Position numbers and translations under genes: made by a program | The notes under the pieces: generated by a model | The model's database searches: none | Seen by the model: only the letters and a program-made list of their open reading frames with translations | What the model was told of the DNA's origin: nothing | In this document: positions 41,801-49,649 of the stretch, piece after piece | Numbering within the stretch: the first letter of the stretch is position 1 | Layout: each line of letters opens with the position of its first letter | Assembly: GCA_963701105.1 (NCBI GenBank) | Contig: OY969565.1 | Location: 1,014,998 to 1,078,997, forward strand | Length of the DNA: 64,000 nt | Direction: 5' to 3' | Origin: an uncultured Actinomycetota bacterium | GTDB taxonomy: Bacteria; Actinomycetota; Thermoleophilia; RBG-16-64-13

Positions 41801-42118
41801 ATGCAGAAGACACAGGAAGAATTAAAAGCGAATATTTTAAGCGCACTTGCTCACCCTAACAGGATTCGCATCCTCGAATTTTTAAAGAATGGAGTTAAAT
41901 GCAATTGTGAGATTGCACCTGTGTTAGATCTTGAGCAGTCGAATCTTTCAAGACATATGAAGATTCTGGTACAGGAAGGTATTGTCATGTCCTGGAAGGA
42001 TGGTCTGAGAGTTAATTATAAAATAACAGACGACAGAATAATTGACATAATAAACACTGCGGGTAGTGTTGCTCGTAAAGAAGCAAAAAAAAGGATTAAA
42101 ATTCTTGACAAAGTCTAA
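41801..42118 (+). CDS. ArsR/SmtB family transcriptional regulator
   Basis: ATG 41801 is preceded by GGAG (41791-41794); the ORF track starts at TTG 41789. LSALAHPNRIRILEFL...CNCEI...LEQSNLSRHMKIL is a winged-HTH ArsR signature. Confidence 0.85.
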   Translation: MQKTQEELKANILSALAHPNRIRILEFLKNGVKCNCEIAPVLDLEQSNLSRHMKILVQEGIVMSWKDGLRVNYKITDDRIIDIINTAGSVARKEAKKRIKILDKV

Positions 42119-42138
42119 AATAAAATGGGAGAAATAAA

Positions 42139-42384
42139 ATGAACATTAAGGTACTTGGTCCGGGCTGTATGAACTGCCAGACTCTTGAAAAAAGAACAAA
42201 AGCAGCAGTAAAAAATTTGAATGTTGAAGCTGAAATTGAAAAAGTAACTGACATGCAGCAAATAACCTCCTACGGTATTATGCTTACCCCGGGTCTGATA
42301 GTGGATGATAAAATTGTAGTTCAGGGGAAGGTTCCCACAGTTGAACAGATTCAGGATATTCTGAAACAACATCAATCTAATTAA
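42139..42384 (+). CDS. Small thioredoxin-fold redox-active disulfide protein (TM0996/MTH895-like)
   Basis: 81 aa. MNIKVLGPGCMNCQTLEK carries the CxxC motif, with a GIMLTPGLIVDDK tail. Confidence 0.8.
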   Translation: MNIKVLGPGCMNCQTLEKRTKAAVKNLNVEAEIEKVTDMQQITSYGIMLTPGLIVDDKIVVQGKVPTVEQIQDILKQHQSN

Positions 42385-42400
42385 TTCGGCATACACATTT

Positions 42401-43704
42401 ATGAACTGGAAAGAACAATATAAACCGTTTTTATGGATCGCCGGGTTCTTCCTGTTTGCATACTATATGCCGATAGGAAATGAATCATTTAATAAATCAA
42501 TAGTTGAAGCTTTTGCTCTCGCAAAATGGTACGCCCAGGAACACGTTCTTCTTTGTCTTGTGCCTGCTTTTTTTATTGCAGGAGTTATTGCGGTTTTTAT
42601 CAGCCAGGCAGCGGTAATAAAATATTTTGGAGCAAACGCTGTAAAATGGAAAGCTTATCTTGTTGCTTCAGTTTCAGGAACTATACTTGCTGTTTGTTCC
42701 TGTACTGTACTTCCTCTTTTCTCATCAATTCACAAACGCGGCGCGGGTTTAGGACCCGGTATTGCTTTTCTTTATTCCGGTCCTGCAATAAATATACTTG
42801 CTATTATTTTAACTGCACGCGATACTCGGAATTGAACTTGGCATTGCAAGAGTTATCGGGGCAGTATGCATTCAGCGTAATTATCGGTCTGATAATGGCA
42901 TTTATTTACAGGAAAGAAGAAAAGGAAAAAGCGGAGAACCAGTTAGCTTTGCCTGAAGTTGAAGAAACACGTCCCCTCTGGCAGACGGCACTTCACTTCT
43001 TTATTCTTGTTGCCATACTTGTTTTTGTGAACTGGGGAAAGCCGGATACTTCAGAAGGTTTCTGGTTTCTGCTTTTTGCAAACAAGTGGTTTATAACTTC
43101 AGTCTTCGGAATAGGTTTTGCACTTTCCATGGCTTACATCATCAAGGTAAAGAAAATTTTCGTGCTGAGCGGGACAATAGCAGTAATCATTGCTGCAGTT
43201 ATCTTTTATAACAATCCTGTTATTCCTTTTGTCATTGCAGTAGTTGCTACTACACTTGCACTAACCTTTTCAAAAGATGAACCAAATCAATGGCTTGGCG
43301 AGACATGGGGATTTACAAAACAGATTATGCCTTTACTTGGTGCAGGTGTCCTGGTTGCAGGATTTTTACTTGGTTCCAATAATGGTAACGGCGGAATAAT
43401 ACCAAATGAATGGATATCAGCTCTCGTCGGAGGTAATTCAATTTTCTCAAATTTCTTTGCGTCAATAACCGGTGCATTTATGTATTTCGCAACTTTAACT
43501 GAAATTCCTATTCTGCAGGGACTGATACACAGCGGAATGGGTAAAGGTCCGGCACTTGCATTACTTCTTGCAGGACCTGCATTATCGCTTCCCAATATGC
43601 TTGTTATCCGCAGTGTAATCGGAACCCAAAAAACACTTGTTTACGTTAGTCTTGTAGTAGTGATGGCTACAGTAAGCGGGTTGATGTACGGATCAATTTT
43701 TTAA
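42401..43704 (+). pseudogene. Permease (DUF318/YraQ-like, usual partner of the small redox protein), with two +1 frame shifts
   Basis: Frame A (42401-) ends ...GPAINILAIILTAR. The expected continuation ILGIELGIARVIGAV reads from 42822 (+1), and AFSVIIGLIMAFIYRKEE... reads from 42868 (+2) through to 43704. The first 105 aa of the 392-aa track ORF are out-of-frame read-through. Confidence 0.75.
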
Positions 43705-43716
43705 GAAAGAAAATTT

Positions 43717-44391
43717 ATGAACTTAAAAACGGTGGTTGCAGTTATTAGTTTATTCTGTTTTTCAGCCTTTGTGTCGGCACAGGTTCCACAGCAGATTGAA
43801 AAAACTGCTTCTGATATTATCATTTCACTTTCACAGGATAAAACCTTATCCGGATCAGAATTTGATTTGCTTGATTCAATTCTCAATGCACCTGCGAATG
43901 AGAATGATCTGCAAAATAAATACCTAACCACAACAGCATCATTCGATAGTCTGAAGGAACAACTGGATGGAATGGAAACACAGTTTAATAATATTTCCAG
44001 AGATTCCTCTCTTGTTTTATTTAACCAGTTTTACCTGCATTTCAGTAATACTTTTTACAATTACTTTAAGGATAAATTTTCCTCTTCACCTAAAACTAAA
44101 ATTATTTTCTTCAGCGCTTCGGTTTCGTGCCCCTGCACGCTTGAGATGTGTAAAAACCAGTTAGTTGATATTCTGAAATTCAGAAGAGATAATATTGATA
44201 AATATGATTTCTGGGTTATCGATTCCTACTGGAATAATGATCTTCAAATAAAATATGATACTTTCTTTGCCCCTTCAGTTCTTGTACTTAATAGTAATAA
44301 CGAAATAATTCACAAAATTGAATACGATGAAAAGATGATAAATAATTTAACAGATTTTTTAACAGCAAATAATAAAGCGGGAGAAAAATAA
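43717..44391 (+). CDS. Secreted protein with C-terminal thioredoxin-like region (hypothetical)
   Basis: 224 aa with a signal peptide. The C-terminal half carries IIFFSASVSCPCT (CxC) in a Trx-like beta-alpha context. Confidence 0.45.
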   Translation: MNLKTVVAVISLFCFSAFVSAQVPQQIEKTASDIIISLSQDKTLSGSEFDLLDSILNAPANENDLQNKYLTTTASFDSLKEQLDGMETQFNNISRDSSLVLFNQFYLHFSNTFYNYFKDKFSSSPKTKIIFFSASVSCPCTLEMCKNQLVDILKFRRDNIDKYDFWVIDSYWNNDLQIKYDTFFAPSVLVLNSNNEIIHKIEYDEKMINNLTDFLTANNKAGEK

Positions 44392-44392
44392 A

Positions 44393-44626
44393 ATGGTAGT
44401 AAAAATTCTTGGAACCGGATGTAAAAAATGTCAGACACTCGAAGCTAAAGTGAGGGCTCTGATTGCCTTAAATAATATTGATGCCAATGTTGAAAAGGTT
44501 ACAGATATAAATGAAATGGTGCGGTACGGTATAATGATGACGCCGGGTTTAGTTATAAATGAAGAGATTAAGAGTTTTGGAGTAATACCTAAAGACGATC
44601 AATTACTTAACTGGTTAAGAGGGTAA
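44393..44626 (+). CDS. Second small thioredoxin-fold redox-active disulfide protein
   Basis: 77 aa. MVVKILGTGCKKCQTLE...GIMMTPGLVINEE is a paralogue of 42139-42384. Confidence 0.8.
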   Translation: MVVKILGTGCKKCQTLEAKVRALIALNNIDANVEKVTDINEMVRYGIMMTPGLVINEEIKSFGVIPKDDQLLNWLRG

Positions 44627-44629
44627 AAA

Positions 44630-45013
44630 ATGAAAAGGATTTATCTTTTATTATTGTTTCTTGTTCTTGCTATATCGATTACCTCTTACCCTCAAAAGAA
44701 AACAGGCGATAAACCCGGGGTAACATTCATTGAACTGGGTTCTGTTAATTGCATTCCTTGCAAAATGATGCAGCCTGTAATGAAATCTGTTGAGGAGAAA
44801 TACGGAACTCAGGTAAAAGTTATTTTTTACGATGTATGGAAAACAGACCAGAAAAAATATGCACACCAATACGGAATTAAGCTGATACCAACACAGGTAT
44901 TCCTTGATAAAAATGGTAAGGAATTTTTCAGGCACGAAGGTTTCTATCCTGAAGCAGAAATAGATAAGCTGCTTAAGACAAAAGGGTTGTCTCCGGTTAA
45001 CAAAGAAGGCTGA
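44630..45013 (+). CDS. Periplasmic thioredoxin family protein
   Basis: 127 aa with a signal peptide. VTFIELGSVNCIPCKMM carries the CxxC motif, and ...IPTQVFLDKNGKE is a Trx-fold motif. Confidence 0.8.
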   Translation: MKRIYLLLLFLVLAISITSYPQKKTGDKPGVTFIELGSVNCIPCKMMQPVMKSVEEKYGTQVKVIFYDVWKTDQKKYAHQYGIKLIPTQVFLDKNGKEFFRHEGFYPEAEIDKLLKTKGLSPVNKEG

Positions 45014-45014
45014 T

Positions 45015-45716
45015 ATGTTTGAAGGAATTTTTACAGCACTATATGAGGCAATGACCGGCACAGTATGGCTGGCTGTTGCGGCTTCTTTCGGCTGGGGAGT
45101 TTTAAGCATTCTGCTCTCCCCGTGTCATCTTTCCAGTATTCCCCTTGTTGTCGGATTTATCAGTTCGCAGGGAAAAATAACAGTTAAACGAACATTTAAT
45201 ATTTCCCTCCTGTTCTCATTAGGTATTCTTATAACTATCGCAGCTATCGGAATAATTACTGCATCCCTCGGAAGATTAATGGGAGACATTGGTGTTTATG
45301 GAAATTACCTCGTAGCTGTTATCTTCTTTATTGTGGGTTTGTATTTGCTGGATATTATTAAAATTGACTGGAACAGCATTGGATTGAAACAAACCAGGAC
45401 TAAAGGCTTATTAGCTGCATTAATCCTGGGATTATTATTTGGATTAGCTTTAGGTCCGTGCACTTTTGCGTATATGGCGCCTGTCCTGGGAATAGTTTTT
45501 CAAACCGCACAAACAAATTATTTGTTAGCGTTAATTTTTCTTCTGGCGTTCGGAACAGGTCATTGTTCTGTTATTGTAGGAGCAGGGACATTAACCGGTA
45601 AAGTGCAAAAGTACCTCGACTGGTCTGAGGGATCAAAAACAATTTTGATAATTAAAAAAGTTTGCGGGGTGCTGGTAATACTCGGCGGAGTTTATATGAT
45701 TGCCACGGCTGTTTAA
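45015..45716 (+). CDS. ccdA: Cytochrome c biogenesis / thiol-disulfide electron transporter CcdA (DsbD core) family
   Basis: 233 aa with 6 TM helices. The conserved Cys-Pro-type positions are present (LLSPCHLSSIP and ALGPCTFAYMAP). Confidence 0.8.
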   Translation: MFEGIFTALYEAMTGTVWLAVAASFGWGVLSILLSPCHLSSIPLVVGFISSQGKITVKRTFNISLLFSLGILITIAAIGIITASLGRLMGDIGVYGNYLVAVIFFIVGLYLLDIIKIDWNSIGLKQTRTKGLLAALILGLLFGLALGPCTFAYMAPVLGIVFQTAQTNYLLALIFLLAFGTGHCSVIVGAGTLTGKVQKYLDWSEGSKTILIIKKVCGVLVILGGVYMIATAV

Positions 45717-45936
45717 TATTTTTTAATTCGGTTTTAATTTAGAGTATACACTAGTTAATCGCTAATCTTCAAATTCTGACACCATCTCTCTGAATCTCCC
45801 CTGTCCCATTTTCTTATCTATATAAATTTAATCCGGGCTGCCACACATTTCTTCAATCATTAATTCTATTCAATACCTGAAACCACTAAAAATAATTATC
45901 TCCTGTTAAAAATGATCTTTATGGCAAAGTGAGTAT

Positions 45937-45954
45937 TTGTCAAAAACCTGACAG
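45937..45954. promoter_or_regulatory. TGTCA-N6-TGACA palindrome (site 1)
   Basis: TTGTCA-aaaacc-TGACAG, 67 nt upstream of the CDS at 46021. Confidence 0.45.
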
Positions 45955-46020
45955 TAATAACTTTCACGGAAAGCTATGTTTACCAGCGAAACAAAAAAAT
46001 AATTATAAAGGAAATAAATA

Positions 46021-46479
46021 ATGAAAACTCGATTCTCACTTCAATCCGTACTGACAGCAGGGGCAATTGCAACAGCAGCAATGACACTATTTACTTATAT
46101 GGCTCCTTTAATGGGATTTGAAATGAATATTCCCAAAATGCTGGCACATACAATGGGTGCGCCATTAATTATCGGCTGGGCTGTTCATTTTATGATAGGT
46201 GAAATACTGGCTATTAATTTCGCAGCAATTTTCTTACAGGAAACTCATCAGAATTCCAATATTAAGAGCGGAGCAATATTCGGGCTAATCCCCTGGATGG
46301 CTTCCCAATTAATGGTTATGCCGATGATGAGTGTATTAGGAGGAGGAAACTATTTTGATGGACTCTTTTCGGGTTCAATATTAATTGCCATGGCAAGCCT
46401 TGCGGGACATTTAATTTACGGAGCTGTTCTTGGAAGAATATACAAACCGCAAATCATTTCTGCTGAAGCCACAGCTTAA
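46021..46479 (+). CDS. Membrane protein (hypothetical; paralogue of 47729-48400)
   Basis: 152 aa with 4 TM helices. It shares GW-x-x-HF-x-x-G and (G/A)HL-x-(Y/F)G-x-x-LG motifs with the 223-aa protein. Confidence 0.55.
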   Translation: MKTRFSLQSVLTAGAIATAAMTLFTYMAPLMGFEMNIPKMLAHTMGAPLIIGWAVHFMIGEILAINFAAIFLQETHQNSNIKSGAIFGLIPWMASQLMVMPMMSVLGGGNYFDGLFSGSILIAMASLAGHLIYGAVLGRIYKPQIISAEATA

Positions 46480-46501
46480 ATAATAATATCATTCAGTTAA
46501 G

Positions 46502-46520
46502 GCTGTCTCTCCATGACAGC
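46502..46520. promoter_or_regulatory. GCTGTC-N7-GACAGC inverted repeat (variant operator, or terminator of the 46021 gene)
   Basis: Located 23 nt after the 46479 stop and about 50 nt before osmC. The half-sites resemble the TGTCA/TGACA sites but the spacing is 1 nt shorter. No U-tract follows. Confidence 0.3.
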
Positions 46521-46568
46521 TTTAACGTATCAAAAAAAACAAACGTATTCTTAAATAAAAAACGGAAG

Positions 46569-47000
46569 ATGAATATGGCAACTCAAATTAAAATTAAAAA
46601 TATCCAGGAAGGTTACCAGAGTATAATTACAAACGGCAGACATTCAATCATTGGTGATGAACCTTTAAGTTCCAAAGGAACTGACCTGGGATTAAATCCA
46701 ACTGAACTGGTTTTATCCGGTTTGGCAATGTGTAAGGTTACAACTATCCGGTTTGTCGCAAGGAAAAACGGTTGGCAGATAGGGGATGTTGAAGCAAATT
46801 TGAAACAGGAGGTTACGAGAGATGCGAATGGAATGAAAACTAACGTAAAAATTGAAATAAAAATTGAAGGTGACATAGATGACGAACAGAAAGCTGAACT
46901 CCTGAGACAAGCTGATAAATGTTACGTACACCGGATGCTTAAAGGCGAATGGGAAATAAATTCTTCGCAATTGAAAGAACCGGAATTGGTTAACAATTAA
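46569..47000 (+). CDS. osmC: OsmC/Ohr family peroxiredoxin-like protein
   Basis: 143 aa. GTDLGLNPTELVLSGLAMCKV and ...ADKCYVHRML carry the two conserved Cys of the OsmC family. Confidence 0.75.
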   Translation: MNMATQIKIKNIQEGYQSIITNGRHSIIGDEPLSSKGTDLGLNPTELVLSGLAMCKVTTIRFVARKNGWQIGDVEANLKQEVTRDANGMKTNVKIEIKIEGDIDDEQKAELLRQADKCYVHRMLKGEWEINSSQLKEPELVNN

Positions 47001-47057
47001 CAGGAGCCGGATAATTGAAGAGTTTATCATTGAAACGAAAAGAACATTTCTGCACGA

Positions 47058-47075
47058 CTGTCAATTACTTGACAG
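47058..47075. promoter_or_regulatory. TGTCA-N6-TGACA palindrome (site 2)
   Basis: CTGTCA-attact-TGACAG (half-sites perfectly symmetric), about 100 nt upstream of the DUF302 gene. Confidence 0.45.
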
Positions 47076-47177
47076 ATAATTCTGAGTTCAGACTTTAAGT
47101 TGACTATTAGATAACTGATACTTCCGGTTTTTAAACATTAGCCGGAAATAATTAAAACAAAATAACGGAGTAATATT

Positions 47178-47659
47178 ATGAGAAAGATGAATCTGAGCTT
47201 CGCCTCATTGTTAATTGCGTCTTTACTGTTTACAAGTGCATTTGTTAAATCAGGCGATGTAGCTGCTCAAACTTCCGGTCTTGTAACAATGCAATCAAAA
47301 GAATCTTTTGATCAGACTATTAAAGACCTTAAACAGTTAATATCAAAAAACGGAATGATGGTCTTATCAGAGATTGATCAGGGCAAAATCTTATCGATGA
47401 CAGGCTTATCATTAAAAGCACAATCATTGTTTGTCGGCAACCCGCAGATAGGAAATAAATTATTCAGTGCTAGACCGCGCTGTCGGTATCGCTGTGCCTG
47501 TAAGGCTTAATATTTATGAGGGTAAGGACGGCAAAACTTATATCAATTATGTAAAGCCCTCCGATCAGCTATCATTCCTTCAAAGAGGATGAAATTCAGA
47601 AGACAGCAAAAATGCTCGATCAGAAGTTTGAGCAATTAACGGGAATGGTTGCAAAATAA
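47178..47659 (+). pseudogene. DUF302 domain protein, with two +1 frame shifts
   Basis: Frame 1 is good to ...LFVGNPQIGNKLFSA. Frame +1 (from about 47473) gives DRAVGIAVPVRLNIYEGKDGKTYINYVKPSDQL. Frame +2 (by 47579) gives FKEDEIQKTAKMLDQKFEQLTGMVAK and the stop at 47657-47659. A terminator follows. Confidence 0.75.
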
Positions 47660-47672
47660 AAATAGTATGAAG

Positions 47673-47703
47673 ACGGTCGGTGTAAACCGGCCGTTTATTT
47701 TTA
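47673..47703 (+). terminator. Intrinsic terminator
   Basis: ACGGTCGG-tgtaaa-CCGGCCGT forms an 8-bp stem with one G-U pair, followed by TTATTTTTAT. It lies 14 nt after the reconstructed DUF302 stop. Confidence 0.7.
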
Positions 47704-47728
47704 TAATAAAAAACCGGGAGCTTGATAA

Positions 47729-48400
47729 ATGAAAAAAGAATATTTGAAATTGTTACTCAGTATTTTAGTAATGATTGCTGCGGGATTAAGTCCGAATTTG
47801 TTTGTGATAGCCCAGGCAGGATATGCAAATTTAAGTGACCTCGCAATAACATATTTAATACCTTCAATCATATTGATTTTAGCAATTTTATCGGCAGGCT
47901 ATTTCACAGGACTTAAAGATTTCAGCCTTCAGGTAAGAAACGGAATTATAGCCGGTTTTGCCGGTACGATCGGATTGGAAATTGTACGTGAGATTGGATT
48001 TCACCTGGGAGGAATGCCCGGTGATATGCCGAAACTTTTAGGCGTACTGCTTCTTAATCAATTTGCTCTCGGACCTGATACTTTATCGAATATTGCCGGA
48101 TGGTCATATCATTTCTGGAACGGAGCTTCCTTTGGAATTATTTACAGTCTTTTATTAGGCAGAGGCAGTAAGTGGCTTGGAATAGGATACGGACTTATGG
48201 TAGGTATCGGCTTCATGATTAGTCCTGCGGTTGTTGCAATGGGTGTAGGCAGGTTCGGAGTTGAATTTGGCATCGGGTTCCCTGTTACTGTTATACTTGC
48301 TCACCTGGCTTTCGGATCACTACTCGGTATTGTTATTTATAAGCTGAATGATAAAAGTATGAGCTTGTTCGGTGCTATAAAGAAAGCTATGAACAAATAA
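47729..48400 (+). CDS. Membrane protein (hypothetical; paralogue of 46021-46479)
   Basis: 223 aa with about 6 TM helices. See the shared motifs listed for 46021-46479. Confidence 0.55.
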   Translation: MKKEYLKLLLSILVMIAAGLSPNLFVIAQAGYANLSDLAITYLIPSIILILAILSAGYFTGLKDFSLQVRNGIIAGFAGTIGLEIVREIGFHLGGMPGDMPKLLGVLLLNQFALGPDTLSNIAGWSYHFWNGASFGIIYSLLLGRGSKWLGIGYGLMVGIGFMISPAVVAMGVGRFGVEFGIGFPVTVILAHLAFGSLLGIVIYKLNDKSMSLFGAIKKAMNK

Positions 48401-48405
48401 CGGGA

Positions 48406-48651
48406 CTACCCAGGTAAAAGGGAAGATAATTTTAATTTAGCCAGAAGTTTATTCTCATCAATATCGCCGTACGCGAATAATTCATCATCAATCAATAATG
48501 CAGGCGCAATCGAGATGCCCCTCTGTTTATAATCCTTAATATTAACCACATCCAGATTTACATTTTTATTCCGGGAAACAAATTGTTTCATCTGTGCCTC
48601 AACCCTTTTGCACGTGCTGCAGTTATTCGTTGTAACTAAAGTCAGATTCAT
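48406..48651 (-). CDS. Small thioredoxin/glutaredoxin-like protein
   Basis: 81 aa. LVTTNNCSTCKRVE carries the CxxC motif, with ...SIAPALLIDDELF. Confidence 0.65.
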   Translation of the reverse strand: MNLTLVTTNNCSTCKRVEAQMKQFVSRNKNVNLDVVNIKDYKQRGISIAPALLIDDELFAYGDIDENKLLAKLKLSSLLPG

Positions 48652-48689
48652 TTTTTATTTGAAAAATATAATATATAGTCCTTATTAAA

Positions 48690-48707
48690 TTGTCAAATAC
48701 AGGACAT
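48690..48707. promoter_or_regulatory. TGTCA-N6-GGACA near-palindrome (site 3)
   Basis: TTGTCA-aataca-GGACAT, about 40 nt upstream of the minus-strand start at 48651 and directly 3' of the crp-family stop. Confidence 0.35.
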
Positions 48708-48710
48708 TAT

Positions 48711-49400
48711 TTAATTTAAATAGTTCTTTAATAAAACAAGATCATTAATTACTAATTTTTTCCGGTCAAAATTAATAATGTTTTTATCCCTTAACTCCGT
48801 AAGAATGTAGTTTACCGTTTGCCTTGAACAGGCGGTCAGTTCTGCAATATCCTGGTGTTTAAGAAAGGGTTTTATAAATATCTGCCTGCCGACAGACTTC
48901 CCGTTTTTATCTGCCATTCTTAAAAGAAAGGAAATAATCCTTTGATTAGCATCCTTGAATACGAGATCTTCAATTCTCTCGGAAAAACTTTTTAGTTTCA
49001 GACCAAAGAGTTTTGTCATTTTTATATTCAATGAAGGATTTTTACTTATGAACTCACCCAGATCTTTTTTATTAATTGCACAAATCAAGGCAGGTTCAAT
49101 GGTAACAGCAAAATCAGTCCTTTCCTTTTCATCCAGGAAAGCCATTTCACCGAAAATCTCACCGGGGTTAATTATAGTAATTATGCTTTCATCTCCCTCG
49201 GGAGTGTACTTAACAATTTTTACTCTTCCGTTCTTTAAGAAAAAGATGGCGTTAGAGGGTTCGTTTGCAAAATAGATAGGTTCATTTTTGGTTAAATCCC
49301 GCATAGATGTAATGCGCATTAACTCCATCTTATCATCTTCGTTCAAATCTTTGAAGAGATTAAAGTTTTCCAGGTACCATAGTTTTGTTTTATCCGCCAT
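48711..49400 (-). CDS. Crp/Fnr family transcriptional regulator
   Basis: 229 aa with a cNMP-binding beta-barrel (FFLKNGRVKIV...GEIFGEMAF) and a C-terminal HTH (QDIAELTACSRQTVNYILTELR). The N-terminal Cys cluster typical of FNR sensu stricto is absent. Confidence 0.85.
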   Translation of the reverse strand: MADKTKLWYLENFNLFKDLNEDDKMELMRITSMRDLTKNEPIYFANEPSNAIFFLKNGRVKIVKYTPEGDESIITIINPGEIFGEMAFLDEKERTDFAVTIEPALICAINKKDLGEFISKNPSLNIKMTKLFGLKLKSFSERIEDLVFKDANQRIISFLLRMADKNGKSVGRQIFIKPFLKHQDIAELTACSRQTVNYILTELRDKNIINFDRKKLVINDLVLLKNYLN

Positions 49401-49520
49401 TCATATCCAAATAACAAATGAATAAAACTAAATATAAATAGTTTTTTGTAAATTATTTGCAGTTATCATTTATGAGGATTTTCAATCCAAGGGAATAAGG
49501 TAAAGCAGAAAACGAAATAA

Positions 49521-49570
49521 TTCTTAGCGCCTTTGCAGTAAAAAAATAATCACCGCCAAGACGCGAAGAA
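49521..49570 (-). terminator. Possible terminator / REP-like hairpin after the tricorn-like gene
   Basis: TTCTTAGCGCCTTTG...(21 nt)...CAAGACGCGAAGAA is an imperfect inverted repeat (about 12 of 14 positions pair). On the minus strand it is followed by TTATTTCGTTTTC. Confidence 0.35.
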
Positions 49571-49649
49571 CTTTTTAATTTCTTTTATCCTCGTGTCTTA
49601 GTGATAAAACATAGCTGCGTTGATCATTTTTATCTGTGTCGTCAGTGTT

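Noticed and set aside
42526-42867. N-terminal 105-115 aa of the 392-aa ORF 42526-43704 (MVRPGTRSSLSCACFFYCRSYCG...)
   Set aside because: It is an out-of-frame reading of the permease N-terminal region, Cys/Ser/Arg-rich and non-membrane-like. The real permease sequence there lies in the 42401 frame.
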